Shown here: positions 1-10,263 of the stretch, piece by piece
How the letters are laid out: the number at the start of each line of letters is the position of its first letter
How positions within the stretch are numbered: position 1 is the first letter of the stretch
Assembly (NCBI GenBank): GCA_963529735.1
Contig: CAUSAR010000002.1
Coordinates: forward strand, 308-64,307
Reading direction: 5' to 3'
From: an uncultured Campylobacter sp.
GTDB lineage: Bacteria > Campylobacterota > Campylobacteria > Campylobacterales > Campylobacteraceae
DNA: 64,000 nt
Notes under the pieces: generated by a model
Told to the model about the DNA's origin: nothing
The model's input: the letters and a program-made list of their open reading frames with translations, nothing else
The model's database searches: none
Position numbers and translations under genes: made by a program

Positions 1-235
1 AGGCTCCGCGCTTAGCGGCGTGGACGCGCTCTATTCGACCGTGCAGATGCCAGGCGGCATGCCTGTGGGTACCGTAGCGATCGGCAAGGCCGGCGCGGTA
101 AACGCAGCCTATCTGGCGCTGCAAATTTTGGCTCTAAACGACCAAAATCTAGACGAAATGCTAAAAGCCGACCGAGCAGCCAAAGCCAAGCAGGTGGAAG
201 ACGACTCGGCGAAGGTGGAAGTTTTACTCGCCTAA
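1..235 (+). CDS. purE: PurE (N5-CAIR mutase), C-terminal fragment; the 5' end lies outside the window
   Basis: The frame is open to the window edge. [38 protein letters not shown] matches the conserved PurE C-terminal region. Confidence 0.85.
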   Translation, partial: GSALSGVDALYSTVQMPGGMPVGTVAIGKAGAVNAAYLALQILALNDQNLDEMLKADRAAKAKQVEDDSAKVEVLLA

Positions 236-245
236 AGGAGCAGAT

Positions 246-719
246 ATGCAGACATACTTAAGTATAGACGAATTTTGCAAGCTCGTGCACCTGGAACGCG
301 AGGTGATCGAGGGGATGATAAACCGCGGCGTACTAAATACGAAAGAAGAGGGCGGCGAGATCCTCATAGAGGCTAGCCAGGGCACGATGAGCGTAGTGCC
401 TAGCGTCGTGGCCGTACCTGCGCCACAGATCGGCGCCGATGGCTTTAGCTTCGTAGAAAAGACGATCGGTACGATATTAAATTTACACGAAAAGGTGCTT
501 GATGCCAAAGACGAGACGCTAGAGACTCTGCGCAACGAAAATAAATTTTTAAAAGAGGCGCTAATCTCGATGCAAGAGCTCTACGACGAGGATAGAAAAA
601 CAGTCGAGACGCTAACGTCGCAGCTAAAAAATTCGCAAGACGAAGTCGAGTTTTTAAAGCGAAAATACAAGCTCATGTGGAACAAAGCGGTTGAAAATTT
701 TAAAGGCGACAAGGAGTAG
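246..719 (+). CDS. Hypothetical protein with a small N-terminal HTH-like segment and a C-terminal coiled coil
   Basis: 157-aa ORF starting 10 nt after the purE stop. LSIDEFCKLVHLEREVIEGMINRG looks like a short HTH. The C-terminal half is heptad-rich (LETLRNENKFLKEALISMQELYDE). I recognise no family. Confidence 0.55.
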   Translation: MQTYLSIDEFCKLVHLEREVIEGMINRGVLNTKEEGGEILIEASQGTMSVVPSVVAVPAPQIGADGFSFVEKTIGTILNLHEKVLDAKDETLETLRNENKFLKEALISMQELYDEDRKTVETLTSQLKNSQDEVEFLKRKYKLMWNKAVENFKGDKE

Positions 720-721
720 TC

Positions 722-1135
722 GTGGAAATTTTAGCGGTAGAGGGTTTTAAAATTTACGGACTAAAAACTCGCACCAAAAATGCCGACGAGATAAACGGCG
801 ACGGTAAAATCCCGGCCTTGTGGGCTAAATTTACAAAAGAATTTTATGACGGTAAAAGTGAAATTTACGGCGTTTATTGTAGTTACGAAAACGGCGTAAA
901 CGGGCTTTATGATTTATTTATCGGCTCGAAGTCGCTTTGCCCTGGCGGTGAAATTTTAGAGATAAAAAGCGGCAAATACGCTGTTTTTAGCTTTCCAAAC
1001 GAGCCGCAAAACGTAGCGAAATTTTGGGGAGAAATTTGGAAATATTTTGAAAACTCGAAACTAAAAAGAGCCTATGAAATGGACTTTGAGAAATATTTAA
1101 ACGAAAAAATAGAAATTTACATATCAATAAAATAA
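722..1135 (+). CDS. GyrI-like / AraC-effector-binding-domain small-molecule-binding protein
   Basis: 137-aa ORF with a GTG start. Its size and pattern (KIYGLKTRT, IPALWAKF, YGVYCSYE, FEKY..IEIYISIK) fit the GyrI-like fold. Confidence 0.6.
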   Translation: MEILAVEGFKIYGLKTRTKNADEINGDGKIPALWAKFTKEFYDGKSEIYGVYCSYENGVNGLYDLFIGSKSLCPGGEILEIKSGKYAVFSFPNEPQNVAKFWGEIWKYFENSKLKRAYEMDFEKYLNEKIEIYISIK

Positions 1136-1145
1136 AAGGTAAAAA

Positions 1146-2024
1146 ATGACGTTTTCAGAGATTATTTTGACGTTACAAAACTACTGGCGCGAGCAGGGTT
1201 GCGTGATACTGCAGCCCTACGATATGCCTGCGGGTGCGGGTACCTATCATCAGGCGACTTTTTTAAGGAGCCTCGGGCCAAAGCCGTGGGCGACTGCGTA
1301 CGTAGCCCCGTCTCGCCGTCCGACCGACGGCAGGTATGGGGAGAACCCAAACCGCCTGGGTGCATATTATCAGTTTCAAGTGCTCATTAAACCAAGTCCT
1401 GAAAATATACAGGAGCTTTATCTAAAAAGCCTTGAAAAGCTCGGGTTAAATTTGAAAAATCACGACATCCGCTTCGTCGAGGATAACTGGGAGAGCCCGA
1501 CGCTGGGCGCTTGGGGGCTAGGCTGGGAGGTCTGGCTAGACGGTATGGAGGTGACGCAGTTTACGTATTTCCAGCAAGTTGGTGGCGTCGCGTGCGAGCT
1601 GGTTTCTGCTGAGATCACCTACGGCCTTGAGCGACTAGCGATGTACTTGCAGGACGTAAATAGCGTTTACGATATCGTTTGGGACGATAGGGGCGGCAAT
1701 ATCGTGACCTACGCCGACGTGCATAAGCAGGGCGAATTTGAGTGGAGCAAATATAACTTTGAAATCGCCGACGTGGATATGTTATTTCGCCAGTTTGAAA
1801 ACGCATTTGGCGAGTGCAAACGCTGCTTGGAGGCTAAAATTTCGCTGCCGGCGTATGACTACTGCATGCTTGCAGCGCATACGTTTAACGTCCTTGACGC
1901 GCGCGGAGCGATCAGCGTAACGCAAAGACAAGACTACATCCTAAAAATCCGCGAGCTAGCCAAGGAGTGCGCGCTAACGTACAAGGCTAGCATCGATGCC
2001 GCAAACGACGCGAAGGGCGAATAA
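1146..2024 (+). CDS. glyQ: Glycine--tRNA ligase alpha subunit
   Basis: The N-terminus [35 protein letters not shown] is near-invariant in GlyQ. The 292-aa length is typical. Confidence 0.97.
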   Translation: MTFSEIILTLQNYWREQGCVILQPYDMPAGAGTYHQATFLRSLGPKPWATAYVAPSRRPTDGRYGENPNRLGAYYQFQVLIKPSPENIQELYLKSLEKLGLNLKNHDIRFVEDNWESPTLGAWGLGWEVWLDGMEVTQFTYFQQVGGVACELVSAEITYGLERLAMYLQDVNSVYDIVWDDRGGNIVTYADVHKQGEFEWSKYNFEIADVDMLFRQFENAFGECKRCLEAKISLPAYDYCMLAAHTFNVLDARGAISVTQRQDYILKIRELAKECALTYKASIDAANDAKGE

Positions 2025-2030
2025 AATTTG

Positions 2031-2768
2031 ATGAAAATCGGCGAAATTTATAAAATTTTAGACGAGATTAGTCCATTTGTAAGTCAAGAGGAGTGGGATA
2101 ATAGCGGACTGCTCGTGGGCTCGTTTGAGACGGGTGTGGAGCGCGTTTATCTTAGCCTTGACGTCGATGATGGGCTTTTAGACGAAGCGCAGCCAAACTC
2201 GCTCATCATCACGCATCATCCGCTCATTTTTAAGGGACTAAAATCGCTAAATTTGGACAAATATCCAAGCAGTCTAATCGCAAAGATGATAGCTAAAAAT
2301 TTAAGCCTGATCGCTATGCATACGAATTATGATCTAAGCCACCTAAACGAATACGTACTAAGCGAAATTTTGGGCTTTGTGCCAAAAGAGCGCGATGGGT
2401 TCGTGCTTTATGCGGATGTAAATTTGAGCTTTGACGAGCTTTGCGAGATGGTAAAAACAAAGCTAAATTTAAGCCATTTAAGAGTTTGCAAAGGGCGAAA
2501 ATTTGATCATAATACGCCTATAAAACGCCTTGCATTTTGTACGGGAAGCGGCGGAGATTTGATAGATGGCATCAAAGCGGATGTGTTTTTAACCGGGGAT
2601 CTGAAGTACCACCAAGCCATGAGCGCCGCGCAAAATAATCTTACTATGTTAGATATCGGACACTTTGAGAGCGAGCGGTATTTTGGGGAGTCGCTTGCAA
2701 AATATTTGCAAATTTTGCCGATTCCTACTATAATATCCAACTCAAAAAACCCGTTTTCATACAGTTAA
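2031..2768 (+). CDS. Nif3-family dinuclear metal centre protein (GTP cyclohydrolase 1 type 2 homologue)
   Basis: Carries the Nif3/YbgI motifs ITHHPLIFKG, AMHTNYD, GDLKYH and GHFESE. An ATG lies at 2031, immediately after an alternative TTG at 2028. Confidence 0.88.
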   Translation: MKIGEIYKILDEISPFVSQEEWDNSGLLVGSFETGVERVYLSLDVDDGLLDEAQPNSLIITHHPLIFKGLKSLNLDKYPSSLIAKMIAKNLSLIAMHTNYDLSHLNEYVLSEILGFVPKERDGFVLYADVNLSFDELCEMVKTKLNLSHLRVCKGRKFDHNTPIKRLAFCTGSGGDLIDGIKADVFLTGDLKYHQAMSAAQNNLTMLDIGHFESERYFGESLAKYLQILPIPTIISNSKNPFSYS

Positions 2769-2777
2769 AGGAAAAAG

Positions 2778-3488
2778 ATGAATAAATATTTAGAACAGCT
2801 AGTCGAGCTCTCGGCCATAGATAAAGACATCGACGATTTTACGCCGCGCCTTGAGAAGGTTCAAAGCGTTTTAAAAGCGACTAAAGACGAGCAGGCGGCG
2901 ATTTTATCACAGATTGAGGATGCGACTACGAGCGTGACCGAGCTAAAAAATCAAAAATCTCAAACCAACGCGCATATAGCCGAATTTAGCGCGAAAATAA
3001 AAGACGTCGCTAAAAAGAGCGGCGCTGCAAAAACAGAAAAAGAGATAAAAGCGCTTCAACTAGAAGATGAGCTAGCTAAAGAACAGCTAGAGGCTGCAAA
3101 CGAAGAGGTCGAAAGACTAGAAAAAATCATAGATAGCAAAAATGCGCTTAAAAGCGAGCTTGAGGCGAAGGCTGCGGAACTTAGCGAAAATTTGACCAAA
3201 ATCGAGAGTGAGATTTCGGCCGAAGTTAGCGCTATCGAACAGCAAAGAGATGAAATATACGCTAAGAAAAATAAACTCGTCGGCGAGATGAATCAAAAAA
3301 TCTTGACTTTTTACGAGAAAATACGCAAATGGGCGCACAACACAGCCGTCGTGCCGGTCAAAAAGCAGGCCTGCTACGGCTGCTTTATGCAGATAAACGA
3401 CAAGACTTATTCTGCCGTTATAAAGGGCGAAGATATCGTGACATGCCCTCACTGCGGCCGAATTTTATATAAAGAAGCGGCGAACTAG
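2778..3488 (+). CDS. Coiled-coil plus C4 zinc-ribbon protein (DUF164, H. pylori HP0958-type architecture)
   Basis: About 190 aa of coiled coil are followed by CYGCFMQ...CPHCGRIL (two CxxC pairs). Confidence 0.75.
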   Translation: MNKYLEQLVELSAIDKDIDDFTPRLEKVQSVLKATKDEQAAILSQIEDATTSVTELKNQKSQTNAHIAEFSAKIKDVAKKSGAAKTEKEIKALQLEDELAKEQLEAANEEVERLEKIIDSKNALKSELEAKAAELSENLTKIESEISAEVSAIEQQRDEIYAKKNKLVGEMNQKILTFYEKIRKWAHNTAVVPVKKQACYGCFMQINDKTYSAVIKGEDIVTCPHCGRILYKEAAN

Positions 3489-3497
3489 CCTTTAAAT

Positions 3498-4637
3498 TTG
3501 ATAATAATTTATTACGTTTTAGTCCTCTCGGCATTTGCCCTGGGGGCTTTACCGCTTGCGATTTTAGCTTTTAAGAAAAAGTACAGAGTCTCTATCCCCG
3601 CTAGATTTTTTTTGTTTAAAAATCCCAAATTTGACGCCTCTCGCGTGCATTTTCATGCGTGCAGTTTTGGTGAAGTGCGTTCTATCGCGCCGCTAGTTGG
3701 CAGATTTAAAGACGTAGCTGCGGTCTCGGTCGTAACCAAAACCGGTTTTGGCGAGGCTAAAAAGATCACGCCAAATACGCGCTTTTTGCCGTTTGAGATA
3801 TTTTTGCCGTTTTGGCTAAAACCAGCCAAAATAACGGTCATTTTTGAGGCCGAGCTTTGGCTGGGGCTTGTTTTTTGGACTAAATTTAAGGGCTCGCGCA
3901 TCATTTTGATAAATGCCAGGATCTCTGATAGGAGCTACAAAAGTTATCTCAAATTTAGCTTTTTTTACAGATATTTGTTTAAATTTATAGATAAAATTTA
4001 CGCTCAAAGTGATCTAGATAAAGAGCGCCTAGAGCGGCTCGGAGCTAAAAATATCGTCGTTAGCGGCAATATAAAATCAGCCTTTTTGCCAAGCCCGAGT
4101 AAAATTTACGACAAGCCAAAAGAGCGCGTGATCGTGCTGGCTAGTACTCATGCGGGCGAAGAGGAGCTGATTTTACGCGAGCTAAATTTGAGCGCAAACG
4201 ACAAGCTGATTTTAGTTCCGCGTCATCCTGAGAGATTTTGCGAGGCGGGCGAGATTTTGGTTAAATTTACCGTAAAAAACGGACTTAGTTTTGCTAAATT
4301 TAGCGAAACGAAAAATTTCGACGCACAGTGCGTGCTAGTCGATACGATGGGTGAGTTGGTAAATATTTATAAATTTAGCGACGTCGTCGTGCTTGGCGGT
4401 AGCTTCGTACCAAACGTAGGCGGACACAATCCGATCGAGGCGGCGCAGTTTGAAAACGCGGTGATAAGCGGGGAGTTTATATTTAATCAAAAAGCCCTGT
4501 ATAGTGTGGTAGAGGGGATAAAATTTGCAAAAGCGGGCGAGATAAATTCGCTTTTAAAGCAAGATTTACCCAAAGCAAAAATAGTCGCCAAAGGCGATGT
4601 AAGCGAGATTTTAAAAGATATTGAGGAAAATTTATGA
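3498..4637 (+). CDS. waaA: 3-deoxy-D-manno-octulosonic acid (Kdo) transferase
   Basis: TTG start and an N-terminal membrane anchor. VPRHPERF, DTMGEL and GGSF..GGHNPIEAA are typical of GT30 WaaA/KdtA. Confidence 0.88.
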   Translation: MIIIYYVLVLSAFALGALPLAILAFKKKYRVSIPARFFLFKNPKFDASRVHFHACSFGEVRSIAPLVGRFKDVAAVSVVTKTGFGEAKKITPNTRFLPFEIFLPFWLKPAKITVIFEAELWLGLVFWTKFKGSRIILINARISDRSYKSYLKFSFFYRYLFKFIDKIYAQSDLDKERLERLGAKNIVVSGNIKSAFLPSPSKIYDKPKERVIVLASTHAGEEELILRELNLSANDKLILVPRHPERFCEAGEILVKFTVKNGLSFAKFSETKNFDAQCVLVDTMGELVNIYKFSDVVVLGGSFVPNVGGHNPIEAAQFENAVISGEFIFNQKALYSVVEGIKFAKAGEINSLLKQDLPKAKIVAKGDVSEILKDIEENL

Positions 4638-5392
4638 AAGAAGAAAAAGCCTATAAACTGCTGGCGATCCAGGAAGGCATCTCAAACAACGAGGCAAAGG
4701 AACTGATCGATGCGGGGCTGGTTAGTGCCAAAGGACAGAGGATCGCCGTGGCGCGCGCGATGATGAGTGCGGCGACTAAATTTAACGTACAAAAACTGCC
4801 GCGTTCAAGCGTGATTTTCGAGGATGAAAACCTGATCGCGGTTGATAAACCGGCATTTTTAACGTCGGAAAAAGTGAGCGAAATTTATAAATTTCCGCTA
4901 CTTCACAGGCTCGACAAGGAAACGAGCGGCGTACTTTTGCTCGTGAAAAACGAGGAATTTCAAAAAAAAGCGATCGAGGAGTTTAAAAACTGCCGCGTAA
5001 AAAAAGAGTACGTCGCAGCTGTAAAAGGCATAGTGAGTGAGGAATTTAGTGTAAACGAACCTATAATCACGCTAAAAAACAGGGGCGGCGCGTTTTCTAA
5101 GATCTCGCCAAACGGCAAAGAGGCCTTTTCGCACGTAACTCCAGTGATGGTCGCCGGCAAAAAAAGTCTCGTAAAAGTCGAAATAAAAACCGGCAGAACT
5201 CACCAAATCAGAGTGCACCTAAATCACTCGGGATACGGGATCGTCGGCGATGAAAAATACGCTAAAAATAAATCCGCGAGAATGTATCTACATGCTTACA
5301 AAATCGAACTTCTGGGATATAAATTTAGGTCAAATTTGAGCAGTGATTTTAACAAGCTCGGTTTTGAAATTTCAAGAAATTTTGAGATTTAA
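4634..5392 (+). CDS. RluA-family 23S/tRNA pseudouridine synthase with an S4-like N-terminus
   Basis: HRLDKETSGVLLL carries the catalytic Asp motif, and GRTHQIRVHL is present. There is a 4-nt overlap with waaA. Confidence 0.88.
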   Translation: MKEEKAYKLLAIQEGISNNEAKELIDAGLVSAKGQRIAVARAMMSAATKFNVQKLPRSSVIFEDENLIAVDKPAFLTSEKVSEIYKFPLLHRLDKETSGVLLLVKNEEFQKKAIEEFKNCRVKKEYVAAVKGIVSEEFSVNEPIITLKNRGGAFSKISPNGKEAFSHVTPVMVAGKKSLVKVEIKTGRTHQIRVHLNHSGYGIVGDEKYAKNKSARMYLHAYKIELLGYKFRSNLSSDFNKLGFEISRNFEI

Positions 5393-5458
5393 AGAGCGAT
5401 AAAGCTTAAATTTAATAAAATACGCGCTTTAGCTATAAGTGTAAATAAAAGGTAGAAT

Positions 5459-6799
5459 GTGTTTGAACAAATCAGCGAGTCGTTTCGTTTAGCCGTTAGT
5501 AAAATTCGTTTCGTGGACGATGAAAAAGCGCTAAATAACGCGCTTGACGTGCTTAAAAAAGCACTACTAAAAGCCGACGTTCATCACAAAGTTACCAAAG
5601 AATTGCTAGCTCTCATAGAGGCCGATCTAAAGCAAAGCGGGATAGGCCAAAAGCAATTTTTAGACGCTATAAAGTCAAATTTAACGAAGGTTTTAACCGC
5701 ACCGGGCAACCAGGGCTTTGTCTTTGCGCCCGTAGCTCCTACGATTGTCCTTATGGCGGGATTGCAAGGTAGCGGAAAAACCACTACGACGATAAAGCTA
5801 GCAAATTATCTAAAGCTTAGAAAGAAAAAAGTTTTGGTCGCGGCGTGCGATTTGCAGCGCTTGGCGGCCGTCGAGCAGCTTCGTCAGCTTTGCGAAGCAA
5901 ACGAGATAGAGCTTTTTAGCATAGAAAACGAAACCGATCCGCTAAACGTAGCCAAACAAGCGCTAGCTAAGGCAAAAAGTGGGCTTTACGACGTGCTTTT
6001 GGTTGATACGGCGGGACGCCTAGCGATAGATGAAGCTTTGATGAAGCAGATAAAAGACATCAAATCAGCACTTGATCCGCATGAAATTTTCTACGTAGCA
6101 GACGCCATGAGCGGACAAGACGGCGTAAAAACGGCAAGCACGTTTAATGACGCGCTAAAAATAAGCGGAGTGGTGCTAAGTAAATTTGACTCGGACAGCA
6201 AAGGCGGCGTAGCTATCGGTATAGCCAAGCAGTTAAATATACCGCTTAGATTTGTAGGTATCGGCGAAAAAGTCGGCGATATGGAGAGCTTTATCCCTGA
6301 GCGAATAGTTAGCCGCATAATGGGCGAGGGCGACTTAGCGACGTTGGTTGAGAAAACTAGCGCCGTGATAGATGAGCAAGAAGCAAAAAGAATTAACAAA
6401 AAAATCAAAAAAGGGCAGTTTAACTTTAACGACTTTTTATCGCAAATGGAAAGCGTCAAAAAGCTTGGAAATATGAAAAGTCTAATCGGTATGATACCAG
6501 GTCTCTCAAGCGTGGCAAATCAGATAAAAGATATCGACCTTGATAACTCCAAGGAAATTTTACATATCAAAGCTATGATAAATTCGATGACGCAAAAAGA
6601 ACGCGAGAATCCAGACTTGCTAAACAACAGTCGAAAAAGACGTTTGGCTGCTGGATCTGGACTATCTCAAGTAGAGGTAAATCGCTTTTTGAAGCAGTTT
6701 GAAAACGCATCAAAAATAGCAAAGAGGTTTTCTGGTAAAGAAGGTCTAAAAGGGCTTGGAAATTTACTAAACCAAGCTAAAAATACTCGCCCTAATTAA
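5459..6799 (+). CDS. ffh: Signal recognition particle protein Ffh
   Basis: Shows the GLQGSGKTTT P-loop, DTAGR, KFDSDSKGG and a Met-rich C-terminal M domain. GTG start. Confidence 0.97.
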   Translation: MFEQISESFRLAVSKIRFVDDEKALNNALDVLKKALLKADVHHKVTKELLALIEADLKQSGIGQKQFLDAIKSNLTKVLTAPGNQGFVFAPVAPTIVLMAGLQGSGKTTTTIKLANYLKLRKKKVLVAACDLQRLAAVEQLRQLCEANEIELFSIENETDPLNVAKQALAKAKSGLYDVLLVDTAGRLAIDEALMKQIKDIKSALDPHEIFYVADAMSGQDGVKTASTFNDALKISGVVLSKFDSDSKGGVAIGIAKQLNIPLRFVGIGEKVGDMESFIPERIVSRIMGEGDLATLVEKTSAVIDEQEAKRINKKIKKGQFNFNDFLSQMESVKKLGNMKSLIGMIPGLSSVANQIKDIDLDNSKEILHIKAMINSMTQKERENPDLLNNSRKRRLAAGSGLSQVEVNRFLKQFENASKIAKRFSGKEGLKGLGNLLNQAKNTRPN

Positions 6800-6866
6800 A
6801 GGGCTTAAATTTGGCTACGAGCGTGGCTAAATTTAAGCCTATTTAAAAAACAGAAGGAGAAATATA

Positions 6867-7097
6867 ATGGCAACAGTAGTAAGACTAACGAGAATGGGAC
6901 GCAAGAAAAAACCTTTTTATCGTATAGTCGTGACAGATAGCAGAAAAAGAAGAGACGGCGGCTGGATAGAGTCGATCGGTTACTACAACCCGATGGTTGA
7001 GCCTGAGGTGGTAAAATTTGACGCTGAGCGCTTGGCTTATTGGAAAGGCGTTGGTGCGAAACTTAGCGATAGGGTTGCAAAAATAACTAGCAAATAA
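6867..7097 (+). CDS. rpsP: 30S ribosomal protein S16
   Basis: [22 protein letters not shown] is the canonical S16 N-terminus. An AAGGAG RBS lies upstream. Confidence 0.97.
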   Translation: MATVVRLTRMGRKKKPFYRIVVTDSRKRRDGGWIESIGYYNPMVEPEVVKFDAERLAYWKGVGAKLSDRVAKITSK

Positions 7098-7103
7098 TTA
7101 AAA

Positions 7104-7346
7104 ATGGTAGAAAATTTTTTACTTGAATATGCTAAGCTCATCGCCGATTTTCCAGATAAAGTGAAACTCGAGCGAGTCGAGCTTGGCGAAAATTTTGCCG
7201 AGCTGATAATTTACGCCGATAAAGTCGATACTGGTAAACTTATTGGCAAAGACGGCAGAATGATAAACGCGATAAAGACTGTAATCGTAGGCTATAAAGC
7301 CAAAGATGCGACGTCATACCGCGTTACGGTAAAGCCTCTTGAGTGA
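7104..7346 (+). CDS. KH-domain RNA-binding protein (UPF0109/YlqC-like)
   Basis: 80 aa with the GKLIGKDGRMINAIKTV GxxG KH motif. It sits in the conserved position between rpsP and rimM. Confidence 0.88.
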   Translation: MVENFLLEYAKLIADFPDKVKLERVELGENFAELIIYADKVDTGKLIGKDGRMINAIKTVIVGYKAKDATSYRVTVKPLE

Positions 7347-7866
7347 GCTTATAGAAGTCGCACTGCTTGGCAAAACCGTAGGACTAAAGGGCTTTGTCAA
7401 GCTTCATAATAGGGGCGACTTTCCTAATCAATTTAAAAAAGACGCTATATTTTGCGACAAAAATGGCAAAGAACTTGTCGTAAAAAGCTACAATCGTGCA
7501 AGCGATACAATCTCTTTTTATGGTTTTGAAGACATGGATAGCGCAAAAACTCTCACAAATAAAACAATCTACACTACAAAAGATGAAACTAGAAAAAACT
7601 GCAAACTAAAAAAAGACGAGTTTTTCTATTTTGATGTCATTGGTTGCGAAATTTACGAAAATAATCAAAAGCTGGGTGAAGTAGAGGATATAGACGAGGT
7701 CGGCGCAAATCATCTGTTTTTGATAAAAACCGATGAAAATTTGATTGCTAAGGGATTGGAAAAAAGTTTTTACATTCCGTATATTGACGTTTATATAGAA
7801 AAAGTGGATGTAGAAAATAAAAAAATTTACACCAAAAATGCTATCTTAATTTTAGAAAATTCCTGA
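7339..7866 (+). CDS. rimM: 16S rRNA processing protein RimM
   Basis: The N-terminus [16 protein letters not shown] and its position in the rpsP-rimM-trmD-rplS operon support the call. TTG start overlapping the KH gene. Confidence 0.9.
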   Translation: MSELIEVALLGKTVGLKGFVKLHNRGDFPNQFKKDAIFCDKNGKELVVKSYNRASDTISFYGFEDMDSAKTLTNKTIYTTKDETRKNCKLKKDEFFYFDVIGCEIYENNQKLGEVEDIDEVGANHLFLIKTDENLIAKGLEKSFYIPYIDVYIEKVDVENKKIYTKNAILILENS

Positions 7867-8570
7867 TGAAATTTACCTTTGTTACGCTTTTTGAAAGCCT
7901 TGTGCGACCCTATTTTGAAGATAGTATTTTAGGTCGCGCTACAAAAGAGAAGCTTATTTCGATTGATTTTTTAAATCCTCGTGATTTTAGCACCGATAAG
8001 CATAAAAAAGTAGATGACTATATGGTTGGCGGCGGTGCAGGACTACTCATGACGTGTCAGCCTCTTGACGATACTTTAAATTTTTTAATAAAAAGCAGGC
8101 CAAAAACTCACATTGTTTTTCTCGCGCCAGCCGGAAAAAAATTTACTCAAAACGACGCTAGACGTTTGGCAAAAAAAGAGCATATTTGCTTAGTTTGCGG
8201 TAGATATGAAGGCATAGATGAGCGCATAGCAGAGAAATACGCGGATGAAATTTTTTGTATCGGCGACTTTGTGATGACGGGTGGCGAGCTGGCGGGGCTT
8301 TGTATTGCCGATGCGATTTCTCGCAATATTGACGGCGTTTTAGGAAACAATGAAAGTCTTGAAGTTGAGAGTTTTGAAGGGAATTTACTTGAGGCTCCGT
8401 CTTTTACAAAACCTAGTGATTACAAAGGCTCTGGTGTGGCTTCAGCGTTTTTAAAGGGAGACCATGCTAAAATCAGAGCTTTGAAAAATAATATGGCGTT
8501 CTTAAAAACTAGGTTTTTTCGTCCGGATTTATACCGAAAATTTGAGCCGCCGACTAAGGAAAAAATATGA
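7866..8570 (+). CDS. trmD: tRNA (guanine37-N1)-methyltransferase TrmD
   Basis: Shows [13 protein letters not shown] and [14 protein letters not shown]-type SPOUT motifs. There is a 1-nt start/stop overlap with rimM. Confidence 0.96.
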   Translation: MKFTFVTLFESLVRPYFEDSILGRATKEKLISIDFLNPRDFSTDKHKKVDDYMVGGGAGLLMTCQPLDDTLNFLIKSRPKTHIVFLAPAGKKFTQNDARRLAKKEHICLVCGRYEGIDERIAEKYADEIFCIGDFVMTGGELAGLCIADAISRNIDGVLGNNESLEVESFEGNLLEAPSFTKPSDYKGSGVASAFLKGDHAKIRALKNNMAFLKTRFFRPDLYRKFEPPTKEKI

Positions 8571-8923
8571 GAAACAAGTATATTGAGGCGTTTGAGCAAG
8601 CTCAAATAGCCCAAAAGTCTGTGCCTAATTTTCGTGCTGGAGATACTTTGCGTATAGCTATCCGCATCAAAGAGGGCGATAAAACGAGAATCCAAAATTT
8701 TGAAGGTATCTGCATAGCAAGACGCGGGAGCGGAACTGGCGAAACATTTATCATCAGAAAAATTGGCGCAAATAGCGTGGGCGTAGAGAGAATTTTCCCT
8801 ATCTATAGCGAAAGTCTAGAGAGTATAACCGTTCTGAGACAAGGCCGCGTTCGCCGCGCTAAGCTATTTTATCTACGCGATAGACGCGGTAAAGCCGCTC
8901 GCATTAAAGAGCTTAAAAAATAA
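8567..8923 (+). CDS. rplS: 50S ribosomal protein L19
   Basis: [33 protein letters not shown] is canonical L19. Confidence 0.97.
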   Translation: MRNKYIEAFEQAQIAQKSVPNFRAGDTLRIAIRIKEGDKTRIQNFEGICIARRGSGTGETFIIRKIGANSVGVERIFPIYSESLESITVLRQGRVRRAKLFYLRDRRGKAARIKELKK

Positions 8924-8934
8924 TTTTACTCCTT

Positions 8935-8960
8935 GCAAAAGTCTAGTTTTAGGCTTTTGC
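8935..8960 (+). terminator. Candidate intrinsic terminator after rplS
   Basis: GCAAAAGTCT-agtttt-AGGCTTTTGC forms a 10-bp stem with one G-U pair. A moderately T-rich tail follows. Confidence 0.5.
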
Positions 8961-9064
8961 TCCTATCTCTTTTCTTAAATTTCAAAAACCGCTTAATTAA
9001 AATCAATTCTTTTATTCAAAATTATAGTTACAATGCCGTGATTATTTTATAATAAAGGTTGTAA

Positions 9065-9397
9065 ATGGAAAAAATCGTATGGCAACATAACGTATTTAAC
9101 GGCGTTACTATAGCTAAGCTTTTTGATGGGCCGCACAGCAAGGAAATACGCATAAATCTAGAAAAGGGCGCCCAAATGAAGGAACATAAAGCGCCGGGCG
9201 CTATCATGGTGCAGGTTCTAAGCGGTAAGATAGAATTTAGCGTTGGCGACGAAAATGTTATATTAAATGCGCTTGATATGATTACGCTCGAGCCAAACGT
9301 CTTGCATGCTCTAGCTGCTTTAGAAAATAGTATCGTAAGGCTTAGCTTGAGCAAAAACGACGATGTAAGTAGGGTTTTTAGAGTCTTAAAACCTTAG
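9065..9397 (+). CDS. Small cupin-domain protein
   Basis: 110-aa ORF whose size and beta-rich pattern (KEHKAPGAIMVQVLSGKIEF..LEPNVLHAL) fit a single cupin barrel. Confidence 0.6.
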   Translation: MEKIVWQHNVFNGVTIAKLFDGPHSKEIRINLEKGAQMKEHKAPGAIMVQVLSGKIEFSVGDENVILNALDMITLEPNVLHALAALENSIVRLSLSKNDDVSRVFRVLKP

Positions 9398-10263
9398 TCT
9401 CTGTTCTTGTGGCTTGCTATAAAGCTACCGATAAATAATTAGTCTATAGAATAGCTTTAGTGGTGCTACGCAAGGAAATTTTTGGTATCAAAACAGGACA
9501 ATGAAAAGAGCTTAAGATGGGCAAACCTGCTGAGGGAGGCTTTGGCGGGGTTGCCTATATTGCGATAATTCAAATTTTACCGTAATGGCATCGTTTCATA
9601 AGGTGTTTTAAACCTTTTTAATAATTAGTTTGCCTCTAGGTAGCGATGGTGAAGCCATCAATCTCCATAAGGTTTTATGCGTATAAGGTTAAGCTTTAAA
9701 TTTTATAAAATTTATATAATAGCGCATAACTAGAAGCGCTTTTGTCAAATTTATTGCATGGGCCTAAAAAATAAAGTAAAAACCAGATATGTAAAAATAA
9801 GCAGGTTTAAATTTGATGTCGAAAATTTCTTAAATTATAAAAAACTAAATTTTTTGTCAGTCTGTAATAAAAAATACAAATTTAGAACCATATAAAATTT
9901 ATAGCAGTCAAACCACTCAAAAAATCAAAATTTAAACCATTAAGCTCTTTCAGGAAAAATTAATATAACATTTTAAGTTAAGCTTTATTATAAGTATAAA
10001 ATAGTAAAACAAAAAGTTAATAATTTAAAATTTAGAAATACCATCTCATACATTTATCGCTTGTATTTAAAAAATATATAATACTTAAAAGAAAAAAGTA
10101 TTGCCTTATCTACGCTATTTTAAAGATAAATTAAGTTCGTATGGATATATAAAAATAACAAAAGAGTAATAAAAAAATAAATAGAAAATTAAACTTTTAA
10201 TTTAAATATCAGTTTAATTGCGCTATAGTTTCACTATTCAATTTCATCACAAGGAGTACCATT

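Noticed and set aside
1162-1920. Four 60-67-aa ORFs on both strands within glyQ
   Set aside because: They are embedded in the unambiguous glyQ frame. Their products are Arg/Pro/Cys-rich off-frame translations.
9400-9700. Possible tmRNA, RNase P RNA, SRP RNA or riboswitch in the ordinary-GC part of the long spacer
   Set aside because: I could not find the diagnostic conserved strings on either strand. These include the tmRNA GGGGCTGA start, tag ORF and TCCACCA end, the RNase P GGAAAGTCCGG and ACAGAA motifs, the SRP GGAAGCAGCCA loop and a B12 box. The region is kept only as an unexplained item in the findings.
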